NCBI GenBank assembly: GCA_030248215.1
Contig: JASANG010001546.1
Location: 124,001 to 188,000, forward strand
Direction of reading: 5' to 3'
Length of the DNA: 64,000 nucleotides
DNA from: Enoplolaimus lenunculus
Lineage: Eukaryota
Shown here: positions 14,401-27,530 of the stretch, piece by piece
How positions within the stretch are numbered: the stretch's first letter is position 1
How the letters are laid out: each line of letters starts with the position of its first letter
Position numbers and translations under genes: made by a program
Notes under the pieces: model-generated
The model's database searches: none
What the model was told of the DNA's origin: nothing
Seen by the model: the letters and a program-made list of their open reading frames with translations, nothing else

Positions 14401-17400
14401 TGTAGCAGTACCAGGAGGCATTGGTTCCTCGTTCATATCTTGCCGGGAATCAATTCCACCCCCATAGGCGTCTTGTTCACCCGAATGGCAGCTATCGCTA
14501 CCACCAGTTTCATAATCTTCATCAGCAAACGCTGTGAGATCTCTCTGTCGCCGTCTACGACTACCATATTGATGCGGTTCTTGCATTCGTTCCTCCAAGT
14601 CGCTTTTAGTTCGAGACGTAATCATCATGGGCTCGGCCTGTACCATTCGCTGTTGAGAATCAATACCCAGACCAAAGTGCACGCCAATCGTGTCTTCTTC
14701 GGCAATTCCAATCACTGGAGGTAATACGGCGGCATCAGTCGAATAAATTTCACCATACCTTGCAATCGTTTGCTCGTCGTGATCATCGCAATTCTCCTCA
14801 TCGTCAACAATTTCACCCTCTTCTTCCTCGCTCGATTCAATTGCGCCGCCTTTCACTCCACCCTTCGTCCGTTTGTCGCCTGCCGGTATTACCAGCCTGC
14901 CGTCCTTTACGCGTATAGTCACAGCTTCTGCCGCATCGTCTTCTTCTGCGTAGCCGTCGTCGCCCTCATCAAGGCCACCAGATACTCCAAACAGGTCTCG
15001 GTTGCCCTTGGCCGACAATTCTGGTCGATCACTGCCTCTCCTATGACTCCACTTTAGACCTTCAATTTCCGCATCGCTATCACTCGACAACGCTCGTCTG
15101 CCTTCTCGGCATTCATAACTATCGTCGCTACCACTAGTCGCCGCGCGGTCATCGTGTTCCCATCGCCACGATCGATCTTCCTTTTGTTTCTTAGCTGTCG
15201 TCGAAGACAATGCTTGTCGTCGGCTACGTCGTCGATATTTTTCCATCGGATCCGCGCCGTTGCCGCCGCCCTCTTCCATATCTGCTGCCATTCCGACCCC
15301 ATTGCGTCTGTATTTGCTTCGGTGTCTACGCTTCGAGTCATTTTTAGACCGGCGATACTTTTTACCTTGTCTCGTGCCACCAAACCGTCTACCTTCGCCG
15401 CCATCATCATCATCGTCGTCATCGACCGGACTCAACGAACGTCTCCGTTCTTCAGCTTCAATTTCACAGTATCTGTCGTGACGCCATTTTTCGTTCTTGT
15501 AGCCGACGCCGTCGGTAGAACGAGAAACCACTATGCTGTCGTTGCCGGTAGCACCACCTCCGCCAGTGGTAACGGCAACCGGTTTCGGCGGCGGCAATGC
15601 CAACACATCGGCTCCATCGCCAACTCCACAGATTAGGACGTCTCCGTCGTCGCTGTAGCCACCACCATCTCCATCATCGTCAAGTCCGATCACTGGCGGT
15701 AACTCGACAAGCAACTCATCTTGGCTGATAACCGGTGGTAACTGTGCTGCGGCGACGTTAATGGCAACGTCATCGCCAGTTTGTATGAGGTCATCATTGC
15801 CATGAGCGACGGCATCAGTTGCTTCAATGACACTATCGGCAACACGAACAACATCATCTCCGTCACCAATGACGTCGCGACCTCTGCGGTGACTTCTAGA
15901 ACTCGGCTGAATAGTACCGTTATCACCGTAATTTCCGCCAGTAAAATCATCATCATCATCGTCATATTCAGTAGTATTAAGCACAATTTCGTCGTTATCA
16001 TCACGGGTGTCTGCGCCAACTTGCGGTGGAAGGGGTTCCTTTGCTGTTGCAATAGCCATCTCAACATCACCATTGTCTCTATTGCGATCATCACTAATGG
16101 CCACGTTTGACAGCATTGTGTCCATTTCCACCGCTTTATCATCTAAACTCGTGTCATTGCTTCTTGTTGCAGCTACACGCAACGCAACAGCTCTTTCTGA
16201 CCAATCTACTGTATTATCTTTGGTTGCAAGTTCTTGTTTGTTAGTGTCTCGATTTGCAGCTGTTTCCGGCGTTGTTGTACGCGTGCGGCTAGCAACAATC
16301 GTATCATTTAGAGCTGAAACGAGAAACGAAACAATTCTTATCTTATTAATGTAACGAAAATTTGCAGACGCTCGCACAGCAGGATACAAACCAAACCGGT
16401 TTCTCTTGAAGCTATTGCTTCCATTAGAGCACGTTAAGGATTTAAACTGAATTTTCGCCGAATCCAATTTCAAATTCGAACCTTGACTTTGAAAAATGTA
16501 TTTATTTACAAAAAGTATTGTATAAAATTAAAACTACAGCCGTTTAACATGCTGACTTAACGGCTTAATAAACGTAAATCTTACGCCCCATTCACAGGTG
16601 TACGTTTTTGCAGCAAATGAAACCATTTTCAAGTCGTGAAATTCTGCGTAAAGCCTTCTTTACGCGTGAATGTTTCTTGCAGCTGCAAGTTTTTTTAAAA
16701 AAAATCGATTGTGGATTTTGAAACATCGAAGCCCAAATTCATTGAAACATTAATGTTGTTTACTGGGAAACTCAGTTGTCTAAGCTCTTCTCTCTCAATT
16801 CAAAATGTTGGCTACGCATCTGTAAAAGTTAATATATTTTATATTTTTGTTTCGTATAAACCGAACTCGAACAGTGGAAAAAGCTTTAATGTATAAAGCA
16901 CTATTCACAAGTGGTAGTTTATGCAGCGAGAACTCGCACCTGTAACTTGCACGAGTTTCTTGAAGCTACAAGTATTTGCAAAGAAACATCATTTTCATAC
17001 TGAATCTTGATATGAACTTATATGAATAATTTGCAGACGACTGCAATAAATATCAAACATAACCTATGAATTATCAGTTCAGCCAATGATGATGAATTAA
17101 TTCGACTTACAAGGTTATTATGCCTATGAATCATTATTACTGGCGTATATCCAGCATAAATAAATTGCAGCTGCAAGTTTTTCAAATGAATTTTTGAAAA
17201 AACTCGCACCTGCAAGTTTCAGCTGCAATAAACGTTCACTTGTACAGAAGGCTCCGCTCGAAATTTCTTGACTTGAACACGCTTTCATACCGATACAATT
17301 TCAATTTAATGTTTAATAATGAAAAATGAGCCCCGTCAAAATCGCCATAGACTGCTAAATATGAAACAAGTTTGATATTTAAATTAATTCAAGCTTCTCG

Positions 17401-20400
17401 AATGTCTGAATTAATTCAAAAGCGCTCAACAAAGTGTCTTCTGATTCGCTAATCAAAATTCAGGTGCAAGAAATTCCAGCGACTTCCAAATGCGTTCACA
17501 CGCGCGAATTAAAATTAATAGCACAAACTCCAGTGAATAATTTGAAGTTGCAAGAACTTCAAAACTGTTTTATGACCAAACTTGCGCATGCAAGTCGCAT
17601 GTGCATGTTTTCGCTTTAGCGAGAACTCGAAGCAGCAACTTGCACTAAACACTTGCAGCTGCAATTATTTTCAAAGGAACATTACGAGTGACCTATCAAA
17701 TTGCAGGTGCAAGAAATTCAAACGACTTGCAACTGCGTTCATTGGTACGAATTACGTAAATTAAATAGCATGAATTTCAGAGAATAATTTGCAACTGAAA
17801 GAACTTCAAAGCTGCTTTGTGATGAAACTTCCGTGTGCAAGTCGCATGTGCAATTTTTGCTACAAAATCTTGCACGTGTGAATAAAGCTTTAAACATACT
17901 GGAGCAGAATAAAACAGCACATAAAAATACAGCCTCTCAAAGGTGTTAATTTTGAGAATCTGATTCCGAACATTCAATTTTGCCGACTCCAATGCGGAAT
18001 CCGAACATTTTCCTACCACCCTTCTCCAAACCCAACCCATAGTTACGCTGTAGCCCTAATTGCTCGCACTATACCTGACGACAAACGAACAGCTCGTACT
18101 ACTTGAAAAACGACATTGGTGAGCACAGCTTGAGCTACAGCGAAATCTTCATCCTCTGAAAAAAACGACAACTTATTAGTCATTCATTTTGGCTCAAATG
18201 GTTAATTATAGGTAGCTCTGCGAGCCAAGCTTTCCTGCCACAGACGCTAGAAATTTACCTCAAAAATTTCCAACTTCAGTCAACAGAAATTCTTAAAAAC
18301 TGAAGTTTTAAGTTTAACTATTGAATTGCTTTAGATCACCTATAATACGACACTATCACTAAGGCTTACAGTAATCACTGAGTAGCAAAGGTTAACCAAG
18401 ACAGCTAAAAACCTGCTTACCACAAAAATTTCTTACTCCTTATACTAATTTAACTTAAGCATAACGGGCCACAGTTTCCACCGAAACCAAACATAACCGA
18501 AGCTGGAATATACCAGTAGAAAAAGGGTCCATGACGCACATATTTGTATTTCTAAATACATACTTGATGCGTAACTAAACCAAGGGCATACAGCGCAAAA
18601 ACATAAATTTTAAGGTAAAAAATTTCCTTCTTCCAACCTCGTTTCTCTCCACCCTAGCTTCAATGGGCGGCGGTTAGGGGCTTGCAGCTAGCAGCCTAGG
18701 GAAACCCAAGGCGGAAACTACTTACCATCACCATAACCATACTGAGCGAATACATCACATTTGCCAATGCGACGCATGAACTTCGTCTTGCGTACATTAC
18801 CAGTTGTTGTAATACCATCCGCAAGGCTAAAACACAAAGAATTAGCATGCAAAACATGGAAGTAAACTCTTTAAATTAAAACAATATTTTAAAATAGCTT
18901 GCAATTTTGTTAAATATTAGCACACCTAATGCTAAAGCGGTCACTCTGTGCAGATTCATCCGCGGTCACGCAAAATTGGCATTCATCTCAAAAGTAAAAC
19001 CCGAGTAAATTTGACTAAAACTTACGCCGATTCATATTTTTTGCTTGAGTTTTTGGTTTTCTCTGACCCCAAATCGGACGTTGAATCTGGTTGAACATAA
19101 GTCACGGAGCGGCCTAGAAATACTACCAAAACTATTTACATCGAACGACGATCACCTCTGACGAACTTGTCAACTCCCTTCAACGCCTGGTTTAATAAGA
19201 TCGCTGAAAAAATTTGGGTACCAAACCATTCAAAAAACTTAAAGATGTGCCAGTAGATCGGAATTAGTGTTAATGGTCAATGTTCATGATTATCGGCACC
19301 GTTGTTCGATACATCAAAAAACTTGCCGATACTATCAAATATTTATATACAAGTGAGATTGAATTGATTATGAAATTGTGATATTTTATAACGGTGTTAC
19401 AGTAGATTGTTGTTAGATTTCAAGCATTCTTAACCAGGGTGCAACCGGAATTACAATTTACCGGAACCGGAACCGGAATTTGAAAATTTTACCGGAACCG
19501 GAACCGGAAAATGAAAAATGCATTTCACCAAAAATTTCATTTTAATCTTATTTTTTGCTCTATTATTTCTGAAATAACCTTAGTCGAACATAGGTATTTA
19601 TTTTATTTGTTGTATTTTAGATTTTCATCATCGACTGAAGTGAAATCCACCATCAATGGCTTATATTCGGAGTACAAGTGGCTTTCAAAAGAGATTCTTA
19701 AAAATTAGCAAAGTTAAGAAAACGGCCAAATTATAATACCGGAATTTTTAAATCCGGTAAAAATTTACCGGTACCGGAGCCGGAAGGTGAAAAAATGACG
19801 GAACCGGAATTCCGGTTGCACCCTGTTCTTAACATAAAATTTAGTATATAACCATACACTTCTTTTAGCATCATGTACAGTCATGCGAAAATGCTGTTCC
19901 CTCAAATTAATATCAATGTATTGTCCAACTGAATTTGCTTACCTGAGCGACATTCCTTTGATCTTTTTGCGTCACGCTTCGAACCACTACCACCACCACA
20001 GCCACCACCATCACTTTGGTGTTCGTCGTCATAAGCGCTATCGTGATCACTGTCGGTTTCCGATTCATCGCTAGCAGAACTTGAGTCTAAATCTTTTCCT
20101 GTTAAAGATAAACAAGTTTATAGTATATCTAAATCGGTAAGTATATCTAAATCGGTAAAATAATTATCTGTCCAAACCAATAATCGATCGGATATCGGGT
20201 TCCGGTTTAATGTCCAGCAAAAAACCGTATGTTGCATCGACTGCATTTTCGGGTAAGTCAAATAGTTCAATATTTTTGCCCGACTTAAATACACTTGTCC
20301 AACCAACAGTACACAAATTAAGATCCTATATATCCCGTTAATATCCGGCTCGGATAAAAAATTACTATCCGGCTCAAGTTCCAGTGAATTTGGCAGCCGA

Positions 20401-21211
20401 TCGATCACTGGTACAAACAAAAACCTTTATTACTCCAAAAACGTCGAAGCAACATATTTTTTTACACAATTAATGTGCACGAAACTACAACCAATAATAC
20501 AAAACTCCACGTACCTGACAAAATTGCCCGAATCCGTTGCTTTGACATCACTTCGAGCTCTTCCGAGCAAAGCCGCGTCAGCTCTTGTTCGCTGACATCC
20601 TGAAAATGTGGGGCATAATTAAAAATTTACAATCCACTTCGCAAAAATATTACGTGGTCACGAACAGCAAGGAATATTAAAAACCAAGTACGACGATTTA
20701 CGAATATCGTCCAATTTCGAGCCTAACTTTGCTACATATTTGTTATTATGCTGTAACGCAAAAATGAACACCAGCACGTCATGTTTTATAAATTTTTTTG
20801 ATTATCAAAATCAAAACACCAGATTCGTCTTCAAGTCTTCAAGATGCATCGAGTTACGTACAGATTGCATTAAATATTTGGTCCAGCAACGCAGGGTGCA
20901 CTCGGAATTCTGATTCCGATTCCGGTCGGTATAAATTTGCTGTTCCGATTCTGATATTATCCAGTTCCGCTTTGCACGCTGCATCAACTTGCTATATAGA
21001 ATTCAATACGTGTAATCGGCTCAATGAATTAATGACTAAACTTTCAAGGCAACATACAACACATACATACCTTTAAGGCAGGGGGCAGCATTTTTCGTCG
21101 TTGCGCGCCTCTGACGCAATTGAACATTTGACGCACACATTCTTTTCGATCTTTCAAATAGCCGCTGATTGGAAATAGTTGTACTGATAAATCGAGTTCT
21201 GGATTTTTAAC
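8440..21211 (-). CDS. CAAP1: CAAP1-family protein (caspase activity and apoptosis inhibitor 1-like) with giant low-complexity expansion; exons 21071-21211, 20515-20599, 19943-20098, 19026-19113, 18726-18826, 18075-18155, 8440-16313; at least 2841 aa, start codon upstream
   Basis: All introns are GT-AG and phases chain without stops (0,1,1,2,1,1). The first two exons translate to VKNPELDLSVQLFPISGYLKDRKECVRQMFNCVRGAQRRKMLPPALK-DVSEQELTRLCSEELEVMSKQRIRAILSG. This resembles the CAAP1 domain as I recall it from human (LDLTVSLKPVSFYISDKKEMLQQCF...KMLPDVLKNCSIEEIKKLCQEQLELLSEKKILKILEG). The C-terminus REVYELELRARAIKAMMKK resembles the recalled CAAP1 C-terminal LELEMRARAIKALMK. Recognition is from memory, not a database search. 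Confidence 0.88.
19435..19825. mobile_element. hAT-like MITE (CAGGGTGCAACCGGAA TIR, ACCGGA subterminal arrays) in a CAAP1 intron
   Basis: TIRs cagggtgcaaccggaatt / aattccggttgcaccctg; perfect 8-bp TSD ttcttaac on both sides. Confidence 0.92.
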
Positions 21212-21480
21212 CTAAAATCAAATTCGACAACATACGTACACATTTAAAAACTACACTGTCACACAAGGGTTTTAGTTAGTATTTGTTGTATGTCTTATTG
21301 TCTCAACAAATACCGGAAACGAAACCGGAAAATTAAAAAAAATACATGCGACCGAAAAATTCATTTTTATTTTCTTTGTTGCAATATTATTGGTGAAACA
21401 ACCTTAGCTGGAGACAGGTATTAGCTTTATCTGCTGTTTTTTGAATTTCATAATTCACGCACGCAAAAACTACTTTCGAC

Positions 21481-21840
21481 CAGGGTGGCAACAAACGTTC
21501 GGATTCGGATTCGGCAAAAAATTTGAGGTTTGGATTCGGATTCGGTTGTGGAAAAGCCGAATCCAACAAATTTCGGCAACATGTTTTTTCATTTTAAGCA
21601 ATAAAATTTTTAAATACTTTGCTATAAAAATCAATATATTTTATTTCAGGCGAGAAATCACAGCACTGACATCGGGACGAAATATATTAACGTACGTATT
21701 GAAAGTTATACGGCTGGCATTGCGTTGATATTCTGAAAAAAATTATAGATATATCTGAAATTTGCAACATGCAGGTTTCGGATTCGGCAAATTAGCACTG
21801 GATTCGGATTCGGTCAAATCGTGGATTCGGTGCCACCCTG
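21481..21840. mobile_element. hAT-like MITE (CAGGGTGGCA TIR, GGATTC arrays) inserted into a fragment of the ACCGGA family
   Basis: cagggtggca ... tgccaccctg; perfect TSD ctttcgac. The upstream 21310-21480 resembles the interior of 23820-23990. Confidence 0.9.
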
Positions 21841-22234
21841 CTTTCGACTGTTCTATAATGTGAAGTTTCCAAAAATTTATTGCTTCAACGGGTATCAAGT
21901 TGTGGCGTAAACCTGCATATAAAAAGTAAGTTTGCAAATATTGCAACCAAGTTGACTAGTATACGCTTACTGCTGTCTAGATATACGTATATAATATTTA
22001 TCAAGAGATATGGACGCCATTTAAACCTACTTTTGACGACTTTTTCTTGTTTTTGGTTTTCGAATGTTTTTTCACCATAATCAAACAATTAAATATTTAC
22101 TACGTAGATGAAAACTCTGTTTAATCTGACTTGAAGCAATAATGCGGACATATGTTGATATTGGTATAACCGCTGCAAACACGACACAAATCCATAATTA
22201 GCTTGTAACAAAATATACGTATATACCTAACAAT

Positions 22235-22688
22235 CAGGGTGCAAGCGGAATTCCGGTTCCGGGATTTTTTCATTTTTCGGTTCCGGTAAATTTTTGCTTC
22301 AATTAAAAATTCCGGTAATATTAAATTTTGGTCGTTTTGAAATTTGCTAACCTTTTAAAAGCCTTTTAGAGTCACTTGGCTTGTTCAGTTAGTGACTATA
22401 AACATGAAATAGATTTAATTCGTATGTATAGAATATAAACCTTGATAATAATCAAAAATGAACCACTGAAGGTAGATTTCGCTTCCATGGACAAGGAAAA
22501 TTTAAAATACAGCAGATTAACTGAAAACCTATCTTCAACTAAGGTTATTTCATCAATAATACATCAAAAAAAACAAAATATAAATGAATTTTCGGCGGCA
22601 TGTATTTGCCGCCTTCCAGTTTCGGATGCGGTACCGGTAATTTTTTCAAATTCCGGCTCCGGTAAATTGTAATTCCGGTTGCACCCTG
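22235..22688. mobile_element. hAT-like MITE, same family as 19435-19825 (opposite orientation)
   Basis: cagggtgcaagcggaattcc ... ttccggttgcaccctg; TSD ctaacaat/ctagcaat (7/8). Confidence 0.88.
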
Positions 22689-23763
22689 CTAGCAATGTGA
22701 ATCGCCCGAAAGCTTGCGTGAATATACGTATATACATTTTCCTACGTATATATTATACATTTAAACGCGTAAAACGTTGAGACACACTGAACAATTCAAA
22801 GTTTTCAGCCGTAAATTAAACGCAACTTTTCGTTAATTTTGGCTTAAATTAATAATTAATTACAAGTTGGGCGAGTCTATAAATATATTCAGTTCGAACT
22901 GGGGTCGGAAAACAAAAAAAGCGAATCACAAACCGGTTGCCAAATCTGTAGCAAAATCATTCGTAGCATGAAAATAACGTGCTGTAACCCTGCTAATTTG
23001 TATATTACCTTAACTGATAAGTCTAACTGTGCGAAAAATTTGAATGAATGGTTTATAAACCTCCAAACACGATCGTTGAATAGTTAGCTAATAACTAACT
23101 TGCGTATTAGATTAACTGGTAAGTAAGTTGGTTAAACTAATCGTTTGTGCTTTATAAGCTTGGATAGCTTAACTTGGCTGATTAAAAAGTAAGTATATCC
23201 TAACTTCGCTCAACACATGTAGTTCTACTGCAACTGGTATATACCTACGTATATAATGTAATTGAAAAATGAATAAAAGTATATAATATATTTATATCAA
23301 AAATAAGACTAATTCCCAAATCTTATTTAGTTATATCATTTTTTTCAAACACAAAGCCAAAAGGCATCGTAGTCTCACAATCAGACGCACTTACTATAAG
23401 CGAACAAGCGAAACTGATTGCATTCCAACTCACTGCAAAGTGCAAAAAGTATCTGCAATTAATCAGCAATGACGATACTCATGAAAAACGCCGATGGTTA
23501 CTTATTACACTGATATGTACCGATGCAGATTAACGGACACATCGTTTCAAAAAACCTATGACTAAGACAACAGAAGAATTTTGGCGTAAATTGCAATTGC
23601 AATAATTCAATTGCAATAATTGGCATTCCACATACGTAACGAACAACTGCACTAAACCAATTAAAGATGCACTGACCTTAACTCTAGAAATCTAAGAAAT
23701 TAGCAGCAAATATAAATTTTACAGATATAGCTTACACTAACGTATATAATCGTATATACACTG

Positions 23764-24176
23764 CAGGTTACAACCGGAATTGCAATTTACCGGAACCGGA
23801 ATTCGAAAAAATTACCGGAAACGGAACCGGAAGATGAAAAACACATGCCACTGGAAAATTCATTTAATTTTCTTTTTTGCAATATTATTGGTGAAATAGG
23901 GCTTAATTGGAGATTGGTATTCACTTTATCTGCTGTATTTTAGATTTTCATAATTCACGGAAGCGAAATCTAACTTGGATGGTTTATTTTCGACAATTGT
24001 CAAGGTTTGTATACTATGCTAATGAAATCTAATTTTTATCGTCATGTTTTGGTAAAATATCTTAATTTCAGCCGACCAAATTTTTTACACGGGAATTTTC
24101 AATTCCGGTAAAAATGTACCGGAACCGGAACCAGATGGTGAAAAAATGCTGGAACCGGAATTCCGGTTGCACCCTG
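23764..24176. mobile_element. hAT-like MITE, same family
   Basis: caggttacaaccggaatt ... ttccggttgcaccctg; perfect 8-bp TSD atacactg. Related copies or fragments at about 1846-1980, 26454-27153, 38862-39197, 44317-44430. Confidence 0.9.
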
Positions 24177-27100
24177 ATACACTGCCATAATATTTTTCAC
24201 TGTTACAAAAACAATGGATTATATATACGTAATGGTCACACTGCGATCGGATATTCATGGAACCGTGGCTGAATATTGCATTTTTAAATGAACCGAATGT
24301 TAACCTGATTAATTGCTAGCTTGTATTTTTCGTTCTATTTCAGCTAGTGAAAAACTTAAGTTTTACTTGTTCGAAAAAATCGCATCAAGATTTTAAACAT
24401 ACACGTATGTCCACTTGTCAAAATCAGTTTTATGGTATATATTCGAGACCACAAAGCGTGAATACCCGGTATCTGGTGGTAGGTTTATACCATAAACCGA
24501 AACCGGATACGGATATCGGGTATTGCCAACCGGAACCGGATATCCATTCGTACACCGGTAATTGGTGAATGGCTTAGGAACAAACACACACAAGACATTA
24601 AAGTAAAATTATTTAACACTTGATGGTTGAAGCATGCTTCATATGTTAAGTCGTTTAATATCATGCTTACAGCAACAGCCCAATGTTGAACAAAACATTA
24701 TTCAGCAGAAAAATGTGCGAGCTATATGTCTTATTTTGACTCAATACGTCAAGGCGAGACTTGGAATCCGACCTTGGGGCTTGACCCCACATTCGCTGAG
24801 CAATGCGGTTGTTGGAACGATATAGTGTAGTTCCCGAATAAAGAAACATGAATAGAATTTTTGTAATTTTTAGACGAAACAACAAAACTAGATAGGCATA
24901 CGTACGCAATTACCAGTACGCACGTAGAAGACTGTGTTCTATTTTATTATATACAAACTTGTACGGCTTCATCACCAAATTAGTATATGTATATCTTTAA
25001 TTCGCGAATTCGAAAAAACAATGTTTTTCGGAAACTTTTACCGAAAAAAGAACAATATAAATTAGCTATTTTCTTAGTGACTAGCAACAAATAATAATAT
25101 ACGTACCTATAGTGTTTAGTGGCTAGAGTTGCGCCGGCCAAGCCCAAAAACGGATCCAGCAAAGTTATGGAGAGTCGCTGAGCAACGTATAGCAGCGGTT
25201 AGAAAAAGCAGTGGGTCATGGTGACCCAACAACGTGTCAACATGGGCAGTTGGCCTGGCTACTGTGCAGATGTCGATTTTTAGTTCGCTGCATTAATTGC
25301 TGATGGATAGTTTGTTCCGAAAAATCTATCGCGTTTCATGCAAATACGAACATTTCTCGGTGAACCAATGTACATAAGAACGGGAATTTTCACAGTTTTA
25401 TAACAAATTATTCGTAATCACTCAAATCTTGGAAGCTTTGTCCTCGAGAAAAATTGTTTTTTCGAAATGAGTGTTTTTACAATATATAAGTTTAATTTTG
25501 GTATATTATAAAATGTTTCTGATACGTTTTCGCAAAGCTTGATGATGAAATATATAGCTGAAAATTGGCTTAAACTATTGTTTGGCAAGAGTTCTAAAAA
25601 GTATGCAGTAATTCGGTGATGAAAATTATTTCTAATTCCGGTTCCTGTTCCGGTTCAAATCCGGAATTTCAACATTCGGAGTCCAAACGCATTTTGGTTA
25701 TTTCAAATTTCATACACGAGCCTATTCATTTATCGAAATAAACAAACTTCCGAATACAAAATATAATTTTTGCCAAAAGTAGTTCTGGGGAACAACCCCC
25801 ACCTTTTCCGCCGCGGGCGCTGGGTCGCAAACGAAAATTTATTTTTTTCAGTAATATACAACCTTAAATGTCTAAGGTCTTGTTTACACTGTTAATTTAG
25901 AGATAACTGACGGTATTACAGAAGCATGCAGCAGCTTCTTAAAACTACAAAACTGTTTCTTTTATTCTGCAATACAATGAAATTGGTGGTAGTCGTTATC
26001 GGAAACGAAAATGCTTATAACAAAGTAGGAATACGTAAGTAACCACGATAACAGTAACATTGGTGCAAATTTAAATTACATGACCGTTTAAGGCAAATTT
26101 TACAATTGCAAACAAAAAACACGTTTTGTATCAAGTTGTCAAAAAATTTTTGACTATGAGCTTAAAACGCGAAATTTGGCTGCAGCAATTTCACTGACAA
26201 AGAACTACTATGATACGGTCTTCAAGATCCCTGTTAGAAGTTTTACACAAATTTTGGGATCACGTGGCAAATGTAACCTCTTTCCTATTGCATTCAAGTC
26301 AAGCATGCTACAATGCACCATTGAATTAAAACAACTCCTTACACTGGAATATATACGTATATATTAGGTGCACATCAGGGCGCGACCGGATATCCGGATC
26401 CGGTTTAATACACGGCAAATCCGGTATCCGTATCCGGTATAGAGCTACAGGCAGGGTGCAAAGCGAAACTGGTATATATGTATGAACAATTCTAATATTC
26501 ATCCAGTGTGTCTGTTGGCTTACAAATGTTTTTTTTGGTTTGTGTAAAACTAACCTACAATCAATTATTGTTATGTTCAACATAAGACGACAGTTTTGGG
26601 TGTTTGGATCGAGAGAACGTTTTGCAACTTATCACAAGAAGTATGATTAAAAATTCCAACTCCGATTGAATGTGGAATCGGAATCGAAACTCGTTTTGAA
26701 TCGGAATTCTAATCGGAATCGCATTTTCGGTTGCACCCTGCCTATCGATTACACGGTCCAACCGGAATTCCGATTTTAATTTAAAACGAGTTCCGATTCT
26801 GATTTTGATTGCACAATCAATCGGAATTAAAATTTTGACATTTTAATTTTAGGCCTACTTGTTGTGATAGGTTGCATAAAAATTCTGCATCATTTATCTA
26901 TTATATTGTTTTCGATGAGTTAACTTATCAATAATTGATCGTAGTTTAGCATTACGGAACCAAAAAATGATTGACAATTTAATGCAATGTTTTTGAGAAT
27001 ACGTAGTTGCCAGTCAACAGATACCCAAATCAATATTATACTTGTAATAGAAATTATGCGGATAGCCACAATTTCTAGTTCCGATTCCGTGTTCGATCCC

Positions 27101-27521
27101 GGTGTAAATTTGCTGTTCATTTTCCGGTGTAATTCAGTTCTGCTTTGCACCCTGTCGGATAGTTACGCCGGATACGTATTTGTGGTGCCGGTCTCGCGAT
27201 ACAAATTTGCTTTTTGCACGTGAACGTGTTCAACATCTTGCGATGATTGCCTTTCTGGTCAAATCAAGATCATTAGTTTTGATACGCTGAAGTAAAAACG
27301 AAAAATACAAGCTAACCATTAATTCTAATTCAGTAAACATATATATACACTATTGTGAGACACAAATACTTCAGCCAGTGCATAAATTTATATATTCAGA
27401 TGCTATCCGGCTCCAGCAAATAATTCACTATCCGTATCCGATTGCGGTTCACGGCAAAATAATATCCGGTGGCACCCTTCTGCACACGTATGGCAATCTT
27501 TTTTGCTTTACAAACACTTAC

Positions 27522-27530
27522 CGTGTACAT
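27522..27530 (-). CDS. Tentative first coding micro-segment (M-Y-T) of the CAAP1-like gene
   Basis: Minus strand reads ATG TAC ACG|gtaagt, a perfect phase-0 donor compatible with the phase-0 exon at 21211. Other candidate 5' exons exist (27677-27703, 22131-22172). Confidence 0.35.

Noticed and set aside
8690..16354. Dozens of overlapping antisense and alternate-frame ORFs
   Set aside because: Shadows of the long, GC-richer, low-complexity coding exon; no recognisable domains.
16314..16473. N-terminal 53 aa of the 2677-aa ORF in the track
   Set aside because: It starts at TTG and is intronic. A gtttcag acceptor at 16314 joins in phase to upstream exons.
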